Of a stretch of DNA of 64,000 nt, positions 59,099 to 64,000 are shown one piece after another. Made by a program: the position numbers and the translations under genes. Each line of letters starts with the position of its first letter. Within the stretch, counting starts at the first letter, position 1. The notes below the pieces were generated by a model that saw only the letters and a list, made by a program, of their open reading frames with translations, had not been told where the DNA came from and searched no databases. The DNA lies in NCBI GenBank assembly GCA_963666835.2, contig CAXXGO010000003.1:672001-736000 (forward strand), given 5' to 3'. Source of the stretch: Phycisphaerae bacterium. GTDB taxonomy: Bacteria; Planctomycetota; Phycisphaerae; UBA1845.

Positions 59099-60420
59099 TT
59101 ATACGTTTGGGGGAGGATTGTCATCGGGGGAGGCGCTCCGGGATGGAGAGTTTGCGGAGGCCGTTGCGGCGGTTGTTGCGGAGTTCGTGGAGGAGCATTT
59201 GGGTCTTGCGGGTGTTGGCCTGTTGGGGGGTCGCGCGGGGGTGGTCTTTGAGCCAGGCGTCAACCTTGAAGTCGATGTTGTGGCGGGTCGTTTCGGGCAT
59301 GGCGGACCACCAGACGGGGAAGGTGGCGACGGCGCGGGTGCGGGCGCCACGATCGCGGCGGGCGTCGAGGAGCATTGACCGGTAACCCTCCGGGAGCGTG
59401 GCGAGGGGACTCGGCGAGGGTCTGGGGCTCTTGGTTGCACGCCAGGGCGGGCGGGTCGGAAAGGGTCGACAGGGCCTGGGCGTCGGCGAGGAAGGCGGGG
59501 GACGTGGCGCGGGGCCCCTTGCGGGGTTTGCTTGGGCAGGCTGGAAGCCTGCGCTACGGGGGCCGGGTCGGCCGGCGGGGCGAGGGAGCGGAGGGCGGCG
59601 AGGTTGGCGCGGTTGCGGGTCTGGCTCCGGCGGGCTTTTGGGGCAGCGGGGACGGCCGCGGAACCGGGATATGAGCGTACGGCGCGAAGGTGGTCGGCGT
59701 CGTTGCACGCCCGGATCAACCAGCGTTCGAAGTCGTATCGAACCCACCTCGAGAAGGCTTTGAACGGCATTCGAGAGCGGTCGCAAGGCCACGCGAAATA
59801 GCAGTCGATGGCGCCGATGACGTTGGCGCGATCGTGGGTCGCCAGGAGCTTCAGAGCGGTCGACATCATGCGGGTGTCGACCTTGGGGCAGTTGGCGATA
59901 CGGAAGCACCACCAGGCGCAGACTAAGGCGGCGTCGGATGCGGCAGCGGCGGTGCAAGAGAGCGTGCCGCGCGGGGGGTTTGGTGTAGTGGTCGCGCAGG
60001 GCGGCGGTGCCGCCCAGGTCTTGGTTGTTGGCCCATACCCGCACCGAGCTGGGCGATACGCTGAACTCGGCGGCGACGGTGGCTAGGTGGGTCCGCTGGG
60101 GCCGCGGACGGGTCGGCGGCGGTGAGCTGGCGGAGACGTTCTACCGCCGCTTGGCGGCGCTCTTGTCGAGTGAGGGTTGCGGGGTCGGGCGTGGGGGATG
60201 GTGCGTCCGCCCCCCTTGAAAGGGGGGGCTCGGGCACGGGGGGGAGTTGTTGGCGGAGCGCCGTCGAAAGGTGGAGCGGGGTCGGTGCGGAGGTAGTTGA
60301 GGGGGACGGGGTCGCGATTGTACGCGGCCGGGAACTCGATGCGGCCGGTGACGCGCGGACCCCTACGGGTCGCGTGGATGGTGACGCCGGCGTGTTCGAG
60401 GGCACGGGTTGGGGTGGATG
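59099..60420 (-). CDS. Hypothetical very GC-rich gene(s), heavily frameshifted, possibly phage-derived
   Basis: Protein-like segments in alternating frames (RANVIGAIDCYFAWPCDRSRMPFKAFSRWVRYDFERWL; FPVWWSAMPETTRHNIDFKVDAWL). Confidence 0.35.
59536..59557. repeat. REP-like palindrome
   Basis: GCAGGCTGGAAGCCTGCGCTAC; GTAG foot on the minus strand plus hairpin, similar to the hairpin at 3441. Confidence 0.5.
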
Positions 60421-60426
60421 AAGACA

Positions 60427-61452
60427 TCAGCTTCGCCGGGCGACCTTGTTTGCGAGGATCGAAATGAGAAGACCTAGGTTTACATAACCGAGGATTACCT
60501 CCAGAGTAACCCAGAATTCGCCCCAACCTGTCGCGGGGGTGACATCCCCGAAGCCCAGCGTCGTAAAGGTAACAATGGAGTAGTAGAAGGGCGTGTACGG
60601 CGTGTTGGCACTTCCCGACATATTGAGGAGATCAGGGGTTGTATTGGAAGATGATCCCGAAGATCGACGCGAGAACGAAACCCGCGAAACCAACTCGGAA
60701 GAGGCTCCGGCCGCAGTCGGTGAGTAAGTGCCATAGACCATACAACACGTGCCGGTGCCACCAGGACTGGTCACGGAATGCTTGGATCCAGTCCTGGTCC
60801 TGAGCGTCGCGTTTGAAGAGCGGATTGCCCCCGGCAGGCGTCAAGACGGATACCGAGGCAATGCATGGTCCGGGCCTTGTATCTGACACGAAACACGTTC
60901 GCGTCTGTCAGATCCGCCCCCCTGGAGGACTGCACTGGTCAGGTTGGCGAATCCCAGATCAGCCGCCTTGAGGTTTGCCCATGCGAGTTTTGCCTGCCCC
61001 AAGTGCGAGAACCTCAGATCGGCCCCCTGCAGGTTGGCGTACCTCAGGTCGGCCCGGAGAAGGCCAGCTCCGAGCAGATGGGCTCCCGATAGATCGGCTT
61101 TCCACAGTGTGGCGTCGTCCAGGCGGATCCCTGCTATCGAGATCTTCTTCGCATAGGGACCCGGATCCTCTGCCTCCGACAGGGTCCCCAGCAAGACAGC
61201 ACCCCTAAGGTCGGCACAACTGAGATCAGCCTTGCTGAGGTTGGTCCCCGCCAAGTTGGCCTCCTTCAATTGGGCGTGTGATAGGTTAGCCTCGCTCAGG
61301 TCGAGTCCCCGTAGGTCGGCGCCAACGAGATCCAGAATAACGTCAGGCTTGAGTGTTGCGTGGACACTCCCGTTTGCGTGGTTCTTCACCCTCCAGGCGG
61401 CGATGGCTTCGGTTCCTTGTTTGACGAGTGCAACGTGCTCTACATTGGCCAT
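60427..61452 (-). CDS. Pentapeptide-repeat protein with C-terminal two-TM K+-channel-like pore (Ion_trans_2), frameshifted
   Basis: GGAGG RBS, MANVEHVALVKQG, ADL/ANL repeats, LTDCGRS, FYYSIVTFTTLGFGDVTP...EVILGY..LGLLISILANK. Confidence 0.8.
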
Positions 61453-61484
61453 GGGGACCTCCGTATCGGGATGGGGTGAGGGTG

Positions 61485-62550
61485 TCACGCATCGGGGGAC
61501 TCGGGTTCGTCATCGCGGTTAAGGTCGCGCAACAGGTCGGCGAAAGCCCTATCGAAGCCTCCCGGCTGTCTCCAGTTGGAGAAGTCGGGGATGTGGAACT
61601 CGCGGACCTTCTCGGCGAGATCCACGCCGGTGTCGGCGTCCAAACAGGTCCAGGTTCTGATCTCTTCAAACGGGACCAGACGGATGGGAAAGAGGACGAT
61701 TCGGCCGGATTTGCGTTGCTTGGCGAGGGCGAGTTTTGATCTCGCGAACCACCCAATTGCTAGCCATGCTCTCTTTGGAGAGGACCAAGAGAAGGCGGTC
61801 GCGGCGGCTGATGGCCTCTTGGAGCTGGGAGTCGACCTTAACGGCCGCCGCGCATATCTTCCGGGGCAAACCAGACAGGGAGCTTTGCGGCAGTGAGGCA
61901 CGCATGGAGGCGGCGGGCGAAGTCATCGTTGAAGCTGCTGTAGCTGATGAAACAGGAAGAGAACTGACTCGGCGACATGGACTGGATGATGGCGGGGGAG
62001 ATGGGTGATGAGCTCTTCGGGGACGCCGCAACCACGTAGAAAGGAATCGGGGATGGTGCCTTGTGATCTGAATATGGTGTCCACGCCGATTGTTGAGGGG
62101 CCGACGTGGGACACCGAGTCAAGGCCCGAAGCCCAGAGAAGGTCGACATCGGCAAAGACAGTATAGCCAATCGTCGCGTCTTCGAACAGGCTCCCGCGCA
62201 AGTTCGCCGTGTTCAGGTCGGCCGCTACCCAGGAAGGCCTGCTCCAAGTTGGCCTCCCCCGAGGGTTGGAGTCCGCCAGGTTGGCGCCCACGAGGTTGGC
62301 CAACACGAGGTCGGATTCCCTCAGGTTGGCCGACATAAGGTTGGCCTCCGGTAACCTGGCCCGCGTCAGGATGGCCCCCGTCAAGTTGGCGCCCTCTAGG
62401 TCGGCGGGGGCTAGTTGCGCCCCCGGCAGCTCAACACGATTCAGCGGGGCACCTGTCAGATCTAGGACTATGTCGGGGTTCTGCTCTCGCCACTTGTTGA
62501 AAGCTCCCGGTGCCTTGTTTGACGAGTTTGACGTGATCTTCATTGGCCAT
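61485..62550 (-). CDS. Pentapeptide-repeat + TIR domain protein, frameshifted
   Basis: GGAGG RBS, MANEDHVKLVKQ, ANL repeats, H.GPSTIG.DT, FLRGCGVP, CFISYS, VWFAPEDMRGG, LLLVLSKESMASNWVVREI, LFPIRL, IPDFSNW. Confidence 0.85.
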
Positions 62551-62622
62551 GGGGACCTCCGTAGGGATAGCCGGGGAAACGGGGAACCAGATGGAGGGGG
62601 ATGATACCACACGTTAGGAAGG

Positions 62623-63413
62623 TTACAAAACTCGGGGGGAATGCGCGCACGTTATGACCCTGTGGCGGCTTTGACGAGGGCCAGGAAGTGCTTGGGGCCG
62701 GTTGGCGTTCGGGTGAATTCCGGCCAGAGCATTACGGCGGGGGTCTTGGCCGAGGGGAGGTATAGCTCCGGGAACCGGTCGTAATACGCGCGGTAAAGGT
62801 GGGCGCCGAGCCAGCGGGAGGTGTGCAGGGAATAGTCGTAGGTGACCTGGCGGACGCCGGCGTCGTCGTAATACCAAGGACCAACCCAGCGAGATGAACG
62901 GGACGACCTGGCAATTGTGCTTGATGGCCTCGGCGACGGTGCGCTGGATGATGAGCTGATTGAGTGTGGTACCGAGCGCCGGGTAGTACGCCGAGCAGCT
63001 CATCAGGCCGTCGTGTTTGACGGCGACCGGGGTCCAGGGGGAGGTGCGCCAGCCGCCCTTGCAAGGGTGCGGCTCTTGGGCGCCTTGGTCATACCACATT
63101 ACCCGGCAGTCCGGAGCGACCTTATGGGCGATGTTGTACAGCGCGTCCAGTTTGGCGATGACCAACCGCGCGGGTGACGGCGCCCCGCGACCATGATCTC
63201 GTGATCGAAGATGACGACGCGCAGGCAGGTGCCGTGCTCCTCAGCGATGGCCTGCACTTCGGTCAGACGCTCGGCCACCAGGTTGCATTCGTGGGCGTAA
63301 GACTCGCCCAGGTCAGGTCGCGAAAGCGTCACGGGCCGTCGGGTGGTAGACCGGGAGAGCTTTGTCCGGGGCCGGAGGCGGTGGGCCACGCTGGGAGTAG
63401 TAGTGTTGCTCAC
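62623..63413 (-). CDS. Hypothetical protein, frameshifted
   Basis: Overlapping minus-strand ORFs 63099-63413 and 62623-63165 read as one protein-like sequence (VVIFDHE...LYNIAHKVAPDCRVMWYD...VVPFISLGWS). Confidence 0.35.
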
Positions 63414-63703
63414 TGTATGGGGAGTACACGGCCGTCAGGTCGGCGTCATACTTCTGGCATAACTCGGCGCAGAGGTGCCAGTGCTCAAGCGGGCTCCATT
63501 GGGCGTCTCAATTCCTACCCGCACGCGGTCTACAACTTCCAGGACGGGCGTGGTTGCTGTCGCACGGGTTTCCCGCTCCCGAGGATCCCAATGCCTCGCA
63601 TGAATGGGACGAGTCCGCGATGGAGCCCTTCTTCGCCACATGAAGGGTCGGCGTGCCTCCTTCCTGCATCGGTGTACCGGCACGGAAATGCGTTTCGTCC
63701 TGC

Positions 63704-64000
63704 CTAAGCAATTAACCTCTCGGTGTACCCATGAATAAGACCTGGTCGACACGACAGTGTGTGCTGGTTCTTTCGATCCTCCTTGCGTCGGTGCCCTCGG
63801 CCTGTGCCCAAGACGCCGACGCTCCGCTGAGCTTTCTTGAATTCACCCGTCGTCAGGCAGCCGAAATGTGCCTCGGCTTCCAGCCGCCGTCGACTGTTGC
63901 TCAATTCAAGGAACTCCAACGCCTTGAGGCCGCCGGGATACGGACCGACTACCAGTCGCCCGTCGATCTCGCCCAATGGAACAAACGCCGTGCGAAAGTG
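63704..64000 (-). CDS. 3' part of a hypothetical gene running off the window
   Basis: Frame is open to base 64000 (HFRTAFVPLGEIDGRL...). Confidence 0.3.
   Translation of the reverse strand, partial: HFRTAFVPLGEIDGRLVVGPYPGGLKALEFLELSNSRRRLEAEAHFGCLTTGEFKKAQRSVGVLGTGRGHRRKEDRKNQHTLSCRPGLIHGYTERLIA

Noticed and set aside
47000..64000. Intact prophage
   Set aside because: No terminase, portal, capsid or tail genes are recognisable in the window.

Overview
High-GC bacterial window, most likely a planctomycete of class Phycisphaerae. This is inferred from IPTL-CTERM and PEP-CTERM tails, DxDxDGDVDLxD dockerin-like repeats, the IHF/HU type and the integrase N-termini. 0-8.6 kb: secreted/surface proteins (tail-fibre-like protein, lysyl-endopeptidase-like protease, beta-helix protein, GH44 glucanase) and a REP-doublet element. 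9-24 kb: housekeeping genes (orphan mlaF, beta-CASP RNase, TIGR01777, cheX-cheY, IHF/HU, pepA) and a system II cytochrome c maturation pair (resB/ccsA). 25-32.4 kb: receptor-less chemotaxis operon (cheA with MshEN-like insert, cheW, cheD, HDOD, cheY, cheX, cheR, cheB). 32.5-40.9 kb: the most striking locus, a candidate extracellular electron transfer / cytochrome nanowire cluster. It encodes an outer-membrane beta-barrel, two NHL-propeller lipoproteins, an ~12-heme cytochrome with an OmcE-like N-terminus, a stand-alone OmcE-like tetraheme, and divergent pentaheme and monoheme lipoproteins. 43-46.7 kb: large FG-GAP protein with a 972-bp internal duplication. 47-64 kb: accessory/integrative region with four tRNA 3'-end fragments (att-like), a DUF3102-Dam-GP88-Zn ribbon operon, a broken tyrosine integrase, and a pentapeptide-TIR plus pentapeptide-channel-pore gene pair. 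From ~55.6 kb on, genes carry many single-base frameshifts (decay or sequencing error). All family calls come from motif recognition by eye; no searches were run.
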